From NCBI GenBank assembly GCA_902553695.1, contig CACDLR010000001.1, forward strand, positions 1 to 60,155: 60,155 nucleotides of DNA. Reading direction: 5' to 3'. The translations under genes and the position numbers were made by a program. The notes beneath the pieces were generated by a model. It did not search any database, had not been told where the DNA came from, and saw only the letters and a program-made list of their open reading frames with translations. The stretch comes from an uncultured Pelagibacteraceae bacterium. Lineage in GTDB: Bacteria > Pseudomonadota > Alphaproteobacteria > Pelagibacterales > Pelagibacteraceae. How positions within the stretch are numbered: position 1 is the stretch's first letter; the number at the start of each line of letters is the position of its first letter. Shown in pieces: positions 28,387 to 38,336 of the stretch.

Positions 28387-31300
28387 CTATTTATAAGTAA
28401 ATAATACTTTATCTTCATCTCCAGATAGATTTGGTTCCTGTTCTCTATTTTGAGAAAAAGCTTCTTTGCTAACTTTGTCTTTGAGGTAAGCAATCAACTC
28501 TCCATTACTAATTTTTTTATCTTTATTTTTATCCGCCTCTCCTTCCATACCTTTCATTAAATAATATGAAAACATACCATGTTTTGCTTGTTCAATACTA
28601 CCTGATGTTTGATCATTAGCTGATGCAGTAAAAATAGTAAAATTATTTGGTATCTCTTGATCATCTGCAACAATTCTTACAGGTCTTAAGTTTGCAACTA
28701 ATGTTTCTTCATTTCTAGTTTGCCCACTATAACAAGTATCAAAAAACATAGTTACTGATTTAGGGTTAGTTTTCTGTAATAGTTTTATTATTTCACTTCT
28801 AGTAATTGCTGTATCCTCTAATAGACTTGCATCTCCATCTTGAGGTAAAACATACAAATTTTTTCCATCATCAGATGCTAAACCGTGGCCAGCAAAGAAT
28901 AAATAAATATCTCGATTTTCACCACCCACTTGTGGCAACCATAGTTTTAACGCTTTTAGTATTTTTGGACGATTTGCATCTTTATCTACTAACAAATTAA
29001 TATTAGATGGATCTACACCAAGTGCTCTTACTGCGTATTCTCTGAAGGCATTTGCATCTCTATTAGCAAATGCGGCATCTAAATTTGTGAGATATTCATA
29101 TTTTTCAATACCAATTATTATTGCTATTTTATTTCCATCTTTATTAGATTTAACTTTACTAGGAAGTAATTTTTCATAACCTTTTGCAACTTTCATTTCT
29201 TTTAAATCAACATTAATTTTTACATTTTTTTGAGTACTATTATTCCATCTATCTACGGCAACAATGGTTAATTCTTCACCTTCATTTGTATTAATTATAA
29301 AACCTTCAAATAAAAATTCTCCATTTTTGTTAACTTTAATTGGCTGACCATCAACTTCTAAAAAAAAATCACTTTTATCTTTAACTGTTCCTTTCAATTT
29401 ATATGCTTGACTAGTAACCGTTATTGCTTCTGCAATAAGAATTTCGGGAGAATCTTTATCAACATTTAATTCTTTTTTCTTTTTTTCAAATTCCTCTTCA
29501 GCTTCTTTTTTAGCAAGTTCTAATTCAGTAAGCTTTTTCTTTTCTTGCTCTTTTAATTTAGCAATTAGTTCATCTTGTTCTTTAACTTCTTTTGCTTTTT
29601 CTTCAGCTAACCTTAATTCTTGCTTCTTTTTCTCCTCATCTGCTTTCTTTTGAGCTAAAAGTAATTCTTGTTTTTTTCTTTCCTCTTCAGCTTTTTTTTG
29701 AGCTAAAAGTAATTCTTGCTTCTTTTTTTCCTCTTCTGCTTTCTTTTGAGCTAAAAGTAATTCTTGTTTTTTTCTCTCTTCTTCATCTTTTTTCTCAGCT
29801 AAAAGTAATTCTTGTTTTTTTCTTTCCTCTTCAGCTTTTTTTTGAGCTAGTAGTAATTCTTGCTTCTTTTTTTCCTCTTCTGCTTTCTTTTGAGCTAAGA
29901 GTAATTCTTGTTTTTTTCTTTCTTCTTCAGCTTTTTTTTGAGCTAAAAGTAATTCTTGTTTCTTTTTCTCGTCCTCTTTTTTCTTCTTATTTTCATCAGC
30001 TATTTGTTCTTTGGATTTTTCTAATTCTTTTGCTAGTAAAATTCTATTATTCTTGGCTGCAATTAAATAATTATACCAAATTACAGGATATTGACCGCCC
30101 CCCATAATTCTTCTCATATCGACTACTATACATTCGCCGTCTCTTAAACTTAATTTTTTCTTCCTAACATCAAGGTAGCAATTTCTAATAGCATCAAAAC
30201 CACCAAAAACTGTTTTGTTTTTACTAAATCCTTTTATCTTAACTGGATCTTCATAAGAATATTCCCATCCCCAAGCAATTGGTGAGGAAAGTTTTTTTGT
30301 ATGAATATCCTTAGTTAATATTGATAATTCTTTTTTATAATCTATAAAAACAGCAAGTCCAATTGCTTTAATTTTTTTGCCCTTAAATTTTGCATTTTTT
30401 TTGGCATATTTAAGATATCTTTTTTCAATATCTTTATCTGATAATATTAATTTCCATAGCCTGTTAAGATTATCATCACTTTCATCATATTTTGTATATC
30501 TATTTTGTTTAAAATTACTTAAAGATTGAGCTACCTGCTTTTTTTGTTTCTCCGTAGTTTCTATAATATGAAATCTTTTAAAACCTTTGTAATCATAAAA
30601 TTTTGATTTTATATCTACAATCTTATCTACTATTGAAATTTTCCATTGAAATTTAAGATTATCTTCTTTTAATTCAAAAATCTTTTTGTTTTCACTAAAA
30701 GTACCTCTTGAAAGAACATTAAAATTTTTGTCAAATCGGTGATATTCATCAATATTAAAAACATAATATACAGGACCATCACCTCTTAGATCATCAATTA
30801 AAAATGAATAATTCCAGAAAAAAGTTCCACTATATATATAATCTTCCAGAGGTTTTTTTTCTTTTTTATTTATGTCCAATGCAGATTTTAGAGAAACATT
30901 AATTGTTTCATTCTGTTTTTTTTCAACTTTAATATACTTATTTTCTTCAAATTTTTTAATTGCAGATCTTATTTTCTCTTGCTCATCTGTTTTAGCTTGT
31001 GTAAATTCATATCTTCTGTATCCACTGTAATCATAAAATTTAGATTTAATATCTACAATCTGGCTTGATAAAGATATTTTAAATAAAAATTTTTGATTAT
31101 CTTCACTAGTTAAATGATATACATCCGTATTATTGTTTCTTATAACTTTGTAACTACCTTTTGAAACGACTTTATATTCTTTATTTACTCTATAAAATTT
31201 ATCGACATTAAATAAATAATAAACAACTCCATCACCCCTCAGGTCATTCATCTTTAACTGTATGAAATCCCAATAAGCAGTATTATTTCCAACTACATAT

Positions 31301-31935
31301 TTTACTTTTTTATTAATTTTAAACCCAGATTTTAAAGAACTATCTTCATTTGCATCTACTTTTGCATAATTATTATTATTTTTATAATCATAAATTGATT
31401 TATATATAATATTTTCATCTTCATTTGTTACTGATGCAAACTGATATCTTCTATACCCTTTGTAATCATAAATTTTAGATTTTATATCTACTATTTGATT
31501 AGTTGGGGAAACTTTCCATAAAAACTTTCGATTTTCTTCCTTTAATTCAAATACATATTTATTTTTTGTACATTTGAAGGTACCTTTTGAAATAACTTTA
31601 TAATTTTTATCTAGTCTATAATACTGATTAGTCCCGTGTAAATAATATCTTGAATTATCTACCCATGGTTTTCGAAAACTATAATAAACAATTCCATCTC
31701 CTCTCAAATCATTAATTTTAGATGATTTAAGAAAAAAGGATGCTCCTAAGTAATCCATTCCTGGTCCCTCTCTGTCATCTATTCCTTTTTTTTTACTGCA
31801 GTCTGTAAATTTAATATTTTTATCTTTTTTGTTAATTTCAATACCTGAAGTTAACGATTCAGAATATGCGAATGTATTTATGTAAAATAAAAACATAAAT
31901 ACAACATGTACAAGCAGATTTAATATTCGCATCAT
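28387..31935 (-). CDS. Exported caspase-like (peptidase C14) protein with repeats and helical stalk
   Basis: Signal peptide; IAIIIGIEKY, FAGHG, FDTCYSG, HGMFSYYL and ADKNKDKKI motifs. Confidence 0.88.
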   Translation of the reverse strand: MMRILNLLVHVVFMFLFYINTFAYSESLTSGIEINKKDKNIKFTDCSKKKGIDDREGPGMDYLGASFFLKSSKINDLRGDGIVYYSFRKPWVDNSRYYLHGTNQYYRLDKNYKVISKGTFKCTKNKYVFELKEENRKFLWKVSPTNQIVDIKSKIYDYKGYRRYQFASVTNEDENIIYKSIYDYKNNNNYAKVDANEDSSLKSGFKINKKVKYVVGNNTAYWDFIQLKMNDLRGDGVVYYLFNVDKFYRVNKEYKVVSKGSYKVIRNNNTDVYHLTSEDNQKFLFKISLSSQIVDIKSKFYDYSGYRRYEFTQAKTDEQEKIRSAIKKFEENKYIKVEKKQNETINVSLKSALDINKKEKKPLEDYIYSGTFFWNYSFLIDDLRGDGPVYYVFNIDEYHRFDKNFNVLSRGTFSENKKIFELKEDNLKFQWKISIVDKIVDIKSKFYDYKGFKRFHIIETTEKQKKQVAQSLSNFKQNRYTKYDESDDNLNRLWKLILSDKDIEKRYLKYAKKNAKFKGKKIKAIGLAVFIDYKKELSILTKDIHTKKLSSPIAWGWEYSYEDPVKIKGFSKNKTVFGGFDAIRNCYLDVRKKKLSLRDGECIVVDMRRIMGGGQYPVIWYNYLIAAKNNRILLAKELEKSKEQIADENKKKKEDEKKKQELLLAQKKAEEERKKQELLLAQKKAEEEKKKQELLLAQKKAEEERKKQELLLAEKKDEEERKKQELLLAQKKAEEEKKKQELLLAQKKAEEERKKQELLLAQKKADEEKKKQELRLAEEKAKEVKEQDELIAKLKEQEKKKLTELELAKKEAEEEFEKKKKELNVDKDSPEILIAEAITVTSQAYKLKGTVKDKSDFFLEVDGQPIKVNKNGEFLFEGFIINTNEGEELTIVAVDRWNNSTQKNVKINVDLKEMKVAKGYEKLLPSKVKSNKDGNKIAIIIGIEKYEYLTNLDAAFANRDANAFREYAVRALGVDPSNINLLVDKDANRPKILKALKLWLPQVGGENRDIYLFFAGHGLASDDGKNLYVLPQDGDASLLEDTAITRSEIIKLLQKTNPKSVTMFFDTCYSGQTRNEETLVANLRPVRIVADDQEIPNNFTIFTASANDQTSGSIEQAKHGMFSYYLMKGMEGEADKNKDKKISNGELIAYLKDKVSKEAFSQNREQEPNLSGDEDKVLFTYK
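29584..29967 (-). repeat. 8 x 48-bp coding tandem repeat ((K/R)KKQELLLAQKKAEEE)
   Basis: Direct alignment of the units in DNA and protein. Confidence 0.95.
30490..31857 (-). repeat. Three approximately 150-170-aa domain repeats
   Basis: Recurring SL.S...INKK, DLRGDG.VYY and IVDIKSK.YDY.G..R; starts near 31857, 31338 and 30894. Confidence 0.88.
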
Positions 31936-32060
31936 TCAATTATCTTATCAAAAGTTTATAGAATTTTATAGGATCAAACCTTAGTCAGACATAAATAATT
32001 AAATAAATTTATCTGTTTTTTTGTTGAAATTTTAAATTATACTTATAAAACCTTGCTCAC

Positions 32061-32150
32061 GGAGAGATGGCTGAGCGGTTGAAAGCACCGGTCTTGAAAA
32101 CCGGCAAAGGGGCAACTCTTTCCTGGGTTCGAATCCCAGTCTCTCCGCCA
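32061..32150 (+). tRNA. tRNA-Ser(TGA)
   Basis: GGAGAGATGGCTGAGCGG..., TGA anticodon, long variable arm, CCA. Confidence 0.97.
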
Positions 32151-32411
32151 TTAAAGTGGTTTAAAATTAAAAAAACTTTTATAAATTTTATTCATATTTT
32201 GTTTTTTTATATTATTAAAATTCTTGTTCAATTTTATTAAATCTTCATCGCTTAAATTAACAAATTTTTCTAATTCTAATAGCTCCTCATTTGTCATATC
32301 ATTAATAATACTCTTTACAAATGAAGAAATAAGAACATCCATTTCCTTAGTTCCTCTGTAGGATGCCCTGTAAATAATTCTTTTTTTAATATCATCTTTA
32401 TTTATTTTCAT
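32151..32411 (-). CDS. sdhE: Succinate dehydrogenase assembly factor 2
   Basis: KRIIYRASYRGTKEMD motif. Confidence 0.9.
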   Translation of the reverse strand: MKINKDDIKKRIIYRASYRGTKEMDVLISSFVKSIINDMTNEELLELEKFVNLSDEDLIKLNKNFNNIKKQNMNKIYKSFFNFKPL

Positions 32412-32432
32412 AAATCTATATTTATTCTATCT

Positions 32433-34472
32433 ATGAATGATTATGAATATCTTTTATCAGATATTTCAATTTTAAAAGGTGTTGGCAAATCCTTAGTTAA
32501 CAAATTTAAACGTAAAAACATAAATACAATTTTTGATTTAATATTGAGCTTACCAACTAAATATATAGATAGATCAATAGAAACAAAAATTAAGGATCTT
32601 CATATAGGAAAAATACAAACTGTTACAATATTCGTCGAAAAATATAACTTTCCCAGATTAAGAAATCTTCCAAATAAAGTTATATGTTCAGATGATACAG
32701 GAAAATTAGATTGTATTTTTTTTAACTCATATGAAGGTTATATTAAAAAAATTCTCCCCTTAAAAAAATATATTACCATAAGTGGTAAGATAGGTTTTTT
32801 TAGAGGAAGATACCAAATTACAAATCCTAGTCATGTAAATACTGATAAAAATAAGATTAAGAAAATACATTCAAATTATAGTTTAACAGAGGGAATTTCA
32901 GATAATATTTTTAATAAAACCATAAATGAAGCTTTAAACAACTTACCAAAAATGAACGAATGGCTTAATCCTGAAGTTTTAAAAAAATTTGATAATATCA
33001 GCTGGAATGAAGCAATTTTAAACTTACATAATCCGAAAAAAGAAGTTAAAGAAAAAAAATATATTAATAGACTAATTTTTGATGAAATTTTATCAACTTT
33101 TTTAATTAATTCAAATATTAAAAAAAATTTCAAAAGAAAAAAAAAAATACCTAAAAAGATTAATTTTGATTTATCAAGTTTTGTTGAAAAAAATATAGGT
33201 TTTAAATTAACCATAGATCAAAATAGAGCAATTAATGAGATTAATAATGACATTTCATCTAATAAAAGAATGTTTAGACTATTACAAGGTGATGTTGGAA
33301 GTGGAAAAACTATTGTATCAATAATATCAGCTCAAAATGTTATTTTTAATAATTATCAAGTAGCATTTATGGCGCCAACAGAAATACTAGCTAAACAACA
33401 CTTTAATTTATTTAAAAAGATTTTTGGAGAAACATCTAAAGCAAATTTATTAACAGGTAAAACTGAGTATAAAAAAAGAAAAGATATTTTAAAAAGACTA
33501 GAAAATAACGAAATTAAAATAGTTTTTGGAACTCATGCGCTTTTTCAAAACAAAGTCAAATTTAAAAAATTAGGCCTTATTATAATTGATGAACAACATA
33601 AATTTGGTGTTAATCAAAGAAAAAAATTATCTGGGAAAGGAGGTTCAAATTGTGATGTATTAGTTATGTCTGCTACACCCATACCTAGAACAATGATGAT
33701 GACTCTCTATGGTGATATGGATGTTACATTAATTAAATCAAAACCAAAAAATAGAAAAGAAATTGAAACCTATACTAAAGATATTAATAAAATTGATGAT
33801 GTAATAAATTTTATAAAGAGAGAAATTATTAATAATAACCAAATCTTTTGGGTTTGTCCTTTGATTGAAGAATCAAAAAAAGTTGATCACCAATCATCTA
33901 TTGCAAGATATAAATATTTAACCAAAATTTTTAAAGATAAAGTTGGGTTAATACATGGATCTTTAGATAAAAACGATAAAGATCAAATTTTAGAAAAATT
34001 CTTAAATAATAAAATTAAGGTACTTGTTTCTACGACAGTTATAGAAGTTGGTATAGATTTTCCTAATGCAACAGGCATAGTTATTGAGGACTCAAACAAA
34101 TTTGGTTTATCGCAACTTCACCAACTAAGAGGTAGAGTTGGAAGAGGTACAAAACAATCTTATTGTATCCTTTTATTTAAATCTTCATTAAGTGAGAACG
34201 CTAGAAAAAGACTGAAAATTTTGAAATCTTCAACTGATGGTTTTTTAATTGCTGAAGAAGATCTAAAACTTAGAGGATATGGAGATCTTTTAGGTTTTCA
34301 GCAAAGTGGACAAAAAACTTTTAGGCTAGCTGACCCTATATTGAATGAAGATCTTTTTATTTTGGCTGAAAAAGAAATTAATAATATTGAAAAAGATAAT
34401 GGTAAATTGTCTAAATATAATTCATTACTTAAACTATACGATCGTGCTGATATAGTTAATGAATTAATTTAA
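32433..34472 (+). CDS. recG: ATP-dependent DNA helicase RecG
   Basis: QGDVGSGKT, DEQH, SATPIPR, QLRGRVGRG. Confidence 0.96.
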   Translation: MNDYEYLLSDISILKGVGKSLVNKFKRKNINTIFDLILSLPTKYIDRSIETKIKDLHIGKIQTVTIFVEKYNFPRLRNLPNKVICSDDTGKLDCIFFNSYEGYIKKILPLKKYITISGKIGFFRGRYQITNPSHVNTDKNKIKKIHSNYSLTEGISDNIFNKTINEALNNLPKMNEWLNPEVLKKFDNISWNEAILNLHNPKKEVKEKKYINRLIFDEILSTFLINSNIKKNFKRKKKIPKKINFDLSSFVEKNIGFKLTIDQNRAINEINNDISSNKRMFRLLQGDVGSGKTIVSIISAQNVIFNNYQVAFMAPTEILAKQHFNLFKKIFGETSKANLLTGKTEYKKRKDILKRLENNEIKIVFGTHALFQNKVKFKKLGLIIIDEQHKFGVNQRKKLSGKGGSNCDVLVMSATPIPRTMMMTLYGDMDVTLIKSKPKNRKEIETYTKDINKIDDVINFIKREIINNNQIFWVCPLIEESKKVDHQSSIARYKYLTKIFKDKVGLIHGSLDKNDKDQILEKFLNNKIKVLVSTTVIEVGIDFPNATGIVIEDSNKFGLSQLHQLRGRVGRGTKQSYCILLFKSSLSENARKRLKILKSSTDGFLIAEEDLKLRGYGDLLGFQQSGQKTFRLADPILNEDLFILAEKEINNIEKDNGKLSKYNSLLKLYDRADIVNELI

Positions 34473-35098
34473 TTATTATTTTTGTTTTCACTTGTACCTG
34501 CGGAAACTATAAACCTAGATGCTTCTTCAAAAGTCATATCTAAATATTTAATTTCATTTTTTGGAAACATAATCAAAAAGCCACTTGTTGGATTTGGAGT
34601 AGTTGGCACAAATACATTCACCAACTCTGAATTAGTTTTTTTTGCTATTTCTCCTTCATTATCTTTAGTGGCAAACCCGACAGCCCATATACCTTTTCTT
34701 GGATATTCTACAAGAACAACACCTTTTTTTTGTGATCTTTTTTGAGGTGCAAATGTTTCTGTTAATTGACCTATTGCTGAATATATTGATCTTAAAATTG
34801 GAATACGCTTAAGTAAATCATTAAATATTTGTAAAATTTTTTTTCCTATAAAAGATAACGACAAACCCCCTATAATAGTTATAAAAAATATAGTCACTAT
34901 AATTTCAAGTCCTGGGATCTTAAATGGAAGATAATAATTTGGATTTAACTCTTTAGGCAATAGGTTTGAAGACACATCTATAATAAACAATGTCAGGTAT
35001 AAAGTTAGACCTATTGGAATTAATACTACAATCCCTGTTATAAAATAGTTTCTTAATCTTGCAAAAAACGAAATTCTTTTTCTTTTAAATGTAGACAT
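34469..35098 (-). CDS. DUF502 membrane protein
   Basis: LRNYFITG, VEYPRKG, FVPTTPNPTSG. Confidence 0.9.
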   Translation of the reverse strand: MSTFKRKRISFFARLRNYFITGIVVLIPIGLTLYLTLFIIDVSSNLLPKELNPNYYLPFKIPGLEIIVTIFFITIIGGLSLSFIGKKILQIFNDLLKRIPILRSIYSAIGQLTETFAPQKRSQKKGVVLVEYPRKGIWAVGFATKDNEGEIAKKTNSELVNVFVPTTPNPTSGFLIMFPKNEIKYLDMTFEEASRFIVSAGTSENKNNN

Positions 35099-35216
35099 AT
35101 TAACTATAGCTTGAATATATAACAAATAAAATTGCTATAATAAATAAAGCAATTAAAATTTTATTATTAAGGTTCATGGTTGAATTTATATTTATCTATA
35201 TTAAAAATATCGATTA

Positions 35217-36035
35217 ATGAATAGAAGAAAATTTATTAATTTAATTGGCTGTAGTTGCTTGTCTTTTGGACTTCATTCTTGCACTTCTGCGCCAATAACT
35301 GACAGAAAACAGTTAAAATTGATTCCTGAGTCAAAACTAAATGCTCAAGCAGCAGCTATATACGAAAAAGTAAAAGAAAAAGAAAAACTGAGTGATGATC
35401 TAAAAACATTAAATGAAATAAAAGAAATTGGAAAAAAAATAGAGACTTCTGTTAACGCTTATTTTGAACGAGAAAATTTAACTAATCCAACTTCAAATTT
35501 TAACTGGGAGTACATACTAATTGAAAGTAAACAAAAGAATGCATGGTGCATGCCAGGTGGAAAGATTGCGGTTTATACAGGCATACTTGATATCACAAAA
35601 AATACAAACGGCTTAGCGGCAGTAATGGGTCATGAAATTGCTCATGCAGTAGCAAAACACTCTGTGGAGAGAGCAAGTCGTGGTGTTCTACTTCAAACTG
35701 GTACTAGTTTAATTGATATATTTAGTGGTGGAGCCTTAAGTCAAATAAATAGATCGACCGGAATGGACACTGTTGGATTAATTTCATCAATTGGTATTAT
35801 GAATCCATTTAATAGAAAACAAGAAAGCGAAGCAGATTATCTTGGAATGATTTTTTCTTCATTATCTGGTTATGATATTAGAGAAACAGAAAAAATTTGG
35901 GAAAGAATGAAAGAAGCTAACAAAGGTAAAGAGCCCCCTCAATTTATGAGCACTCACCCATCTTCATCAAATAGAATAAAAAATATTCAACAATGGCTTA
36001 ATGAAATTATTATTAAATATCCACCGATTATTTAA
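35217..36035 (+). CDS. M48 family zinc metallopeptidase (Tat-type lipoprotein)
   Basis: NRRKF twin arginine, NAWCMPGG, HEIAH, ESEAD, STHP. Confidence 0.93.
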   Translation: MNRRKFINLIGCSCLSFGLHSCTSAPITDRKQLKLIPESKLNAQAAAIYEKVKEKEKLSDDLKTLNEIKEIGKKIETSVNAYFERENLTNPTSNFNWEYILIESKQKNAWCMPGGKIAVYTGILDITKNTNGLAAVMGHEIAHAVAKHSVERASRGVLLQTGTSLIDIFSGGALSQINRSTGMDTVGLISSIGIMNPFNRKQESEADYLGMIFSSLSGYDIRETEKIWERMKEANKGKEPPQFMSTHPSSSNRIKNIQQWLNEIIIKYPPII

Positions 36036-36040
36036 ATTAG

Positions 36041-36116
<76 letters not shown>

Positions 36117-36163
36117 AACGCGGGTTCTTATAATGAATTTTTTTTTTTAATCAACGCGAAAAA

Positions 36164-37276
36164 TTACAAAATGCCTGAATATTTATTATAGAAATCATCA
36201 AAAGTGCCATTTTTTATATGTTTTCTTATTTGTGACATAAGTTCTTGGTAAAAATTGATATTATTTAAAGTCAACAACATAGATCCAAGCATTTCATTAG
36301 TATTAAATAAATGATTCAAATAATTTTTAGAATACTTGTTTAAATCAAATTTTGTTACATTTTCATCTATTGGATTATTATCTGATTTGTATTCAGAATT
36401 TCTTATATTTATTTTTCCTTTCCAAGTAAATGCCAATCCATTTCTTCCAGATCTGGTAGGTAATACGCAATCAAACATATCTACACCTCTTTTTACAGCT
36501 CCCAATATATCTGATGGTGTTCCAACACCCATTAAATATCTTGGTTTATTTTCAGGCATAAATTCTTTTAATACATCTAAAACATTAAACATTTCAATTT
36601 GAGTTTCACCTACGGCTAATCCACCTACTGCAAATCCATCAAATCCTATTTCTTTTAATGATTGAATTGATTTTATTCTCAGGTCATCAAATAAACCACC
36701 TTGAACAATTCCAAATAGAGCTTTGTGGGGGTTTGAACCAAATCTTTTTTTTGATCTTTCAGCCCAATGCATCGAAATGTCCATTGAATTTTTTATAAAC
36801 TTATAATCGTTTGTTTTTTTAGGACATTCATCCATAACCATAATTATATCTGAATTTAATCCTAATTGTATTTTTATACTTTCTTCCGGACTTAATATAA
36901 ATTTTTTTCCATCAATGTGAGAATTAAAAATTGCTCCAATTTCTCTGTCAATTTTATTTAATTTCGAGAGAGACATTACTTGGAACCCTCCTGAATCAGT
37001 TAATATTGGTAATGAACAATTCATAAAATTATGAAGTCCACCTTGTGATTTTACTCTTTCTAAACCTGGTCTAATCATTAAATGATAAGTGTTTGATAGA
37101 ATAATTTGAGCACCTGTTTTGATTATATCATTAATAAATGCACCCTTTATTGTGGCTTGAGTGCCCACTGGCATAAAGACTGGAGTATCTATATTGCCTC
37201 TATGTGTTTGTATTTGACCTAATCGAGCATAACCATCTTTTTTTATGACATTAAAAGAAAATTTTTTTAATGACAT
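36164..37276 (-). CDS. tgt: Queuine tRNA-ribosyltransferase
   Basis: FMPVGT, NTYHL, TDSGGFQ, GLAVGE, MFDCVLPTR. Confidence 0.96.
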   Translation of the reverse strand: MSLKKFSFNVIKKDGYARLGQIQTHRGNIDTPVFMPVGTQATIKGAFINDIIKTGAQIILSNTYHLMIRPGLERVKSQGGLHNFMNCSLPILTDSGGFQVMSLSKLNKIDREIGAIFNSHIDGKKFILSPEESIKIQLGLNSDIIMVMDECPKKTNDYKFIKNSMDISMHWAERSKKRFGSNPHKALFGIVQGGLFDDLRIKSIQSLKEIGFDGFAVGGLAVGETQIEMFNVLDVLKEFMPENKPRYLMGVGTPSDILGAVKRGVDMFDCVLPTRSGRNGLAFTWKGKINIRNSEYKSDNNPIDENVTKFDLNKYSKNYLNHLFNTNEMLGSMLLTLNNINFYQELMSQIRKHIKNGTFDDFYNKYSGIL

Positions 37277-37287
37277 TAAAAAAATAT

Positions 37288-37845
37288 TTATTCAGATCTA
37301 AAACTAATAATTTTATCTGGATTTGAAACAGAACCGTTAGGACCATCACCTTTAGTAATTTTGTCTATATTTTCCATACCTTCAATAACTTTTCCAAAAA
37401 CTGTATATTGCCTATCTAAATGTGGAGCTGCTTCAAAGCAAATAAAAAATTGACTATTTGCACTATTTGGATCAGATGATCTTGCCATTGATAATGTTCC
37501 ACGGACATGTGGTATGTCATTGAATTCAGCTTTTAAGTCTGGTAAATCAGATCCACCCATTCCCGCTCTTTGTAAATTAAAATTATTATCTGATGAGTTT
37601 CCAAATTTAACATCGCCTGTTTGAGCCATAAAACCATCTATCACTCTATGAAATACAACATTATCATATTTTCCTGAATTTGCTAATTCCATAATTCTGT
37701 TAACATGATTAGGCGCAACATCAGGAAATAATTCTATTTTTACATTACCACTTTTTAATTTTAAAATCATAATATTCTCCTTTGCATTAATGTTTGTAAA
37801 ATTTATTAAAACTAAAAAAAAAAAGATTTTAATTATTATTCTCAT
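37288..37845 (-). CDS. Cyclophilin-type peptidylprolyl isomerase
   Basis: FHRVIDGFMAQTGD, SMAR, ANSQFFI. Confidence 0.95.
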   Translation of the reverse strand: MRIIIKIFFFLVLINFTNINAKENIMILKLKSGNVKIELFPDVAPNHVNRIMELANSGKYDNVVFHRVIDGFMAQTGDVKFGNSSDNNFNLQRAGMGGSDLPDLKAEFNDIPHVRGTLSMARSSDPNSANSQFFICFEAAPHLDRQYTVFGKVIEGMENIDKITKGDGPNGSVSNPDKIISFRSE

Positions 37846-38333
37846 AATTTACTTTTTATCTCTTTAATGACACTCTTTGTAATAAATTTTTTTAAATTAC
37901 CATTTAAAGATGCTATTTCTTTAACTAATCTTGAAGAAATAACTTGATTATCTACATCAGACATTAAAAAAACAGTTTCGATTTTTTCATTCAATTTTCT
38001 ATTCATTCCAGCCAACTGAAACTCATATTCAAAGTCCGATACAGCTCTTAAACCTCTCAATATAACCTTCGATTTAAATTTTTGACATAATGTGGTTGTT
38101 AATGAGGAAAATTTGATTACTTTAATTTTTTTTGATGAAATTTTCATATCTTTGTGCAAGGAATTTTTAATAAGCTTTATTCGTTCTTCAGTTGAGAACA
38201 GGTGGCTCTTTCCACCAACCTCTGAAACAGCTACGATAAGTACGTCAAATAAATTTAATCCTTTTTTAATGACATCAATATGGCCATAAGTAATTGGATC
38301 AAATGTACCAGGGTAAATTGCAATATTCTTCAT
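37842..38333 (-). CDS. coaD: Phosphopantetheine adenylyltransferase
   Basis: YPGTFDPITYGH, RGLRAVSDFEYE. Confidence 0.97.
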   Translation of the reverse strand: MKNIAIYPGTFDPITYGHIDVIKKGLNLFDVLIVAVSEVGGKSHLFSTEERIKLIKNSLHKDMKISSKKIKVIKFSSLTTTLCQKFKSKVILRGLRAVSDFEYEFQLAGMNRKLNEKIETVFLMSDVDNQVISSRLVKEIASLNGNLKKFITKSVIKEIKSKL

Positions 38334-38336
38334 AAA

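Noticed and set aside
29584-29967. CRISPR-like array, and the 171-aa antisense ORF 29592-30107
   Set aside because: No unique spacers and no cas genes; it is an in-frame coding repeat, and the antisense ORF is its shadow
37814-37824. Long A/T homopolymers (also near 17751 and 21931) as phase-variation tracts
   Set aside because: Expected at this AT content, located in intact housekeeping genes, and no frameshift is seen
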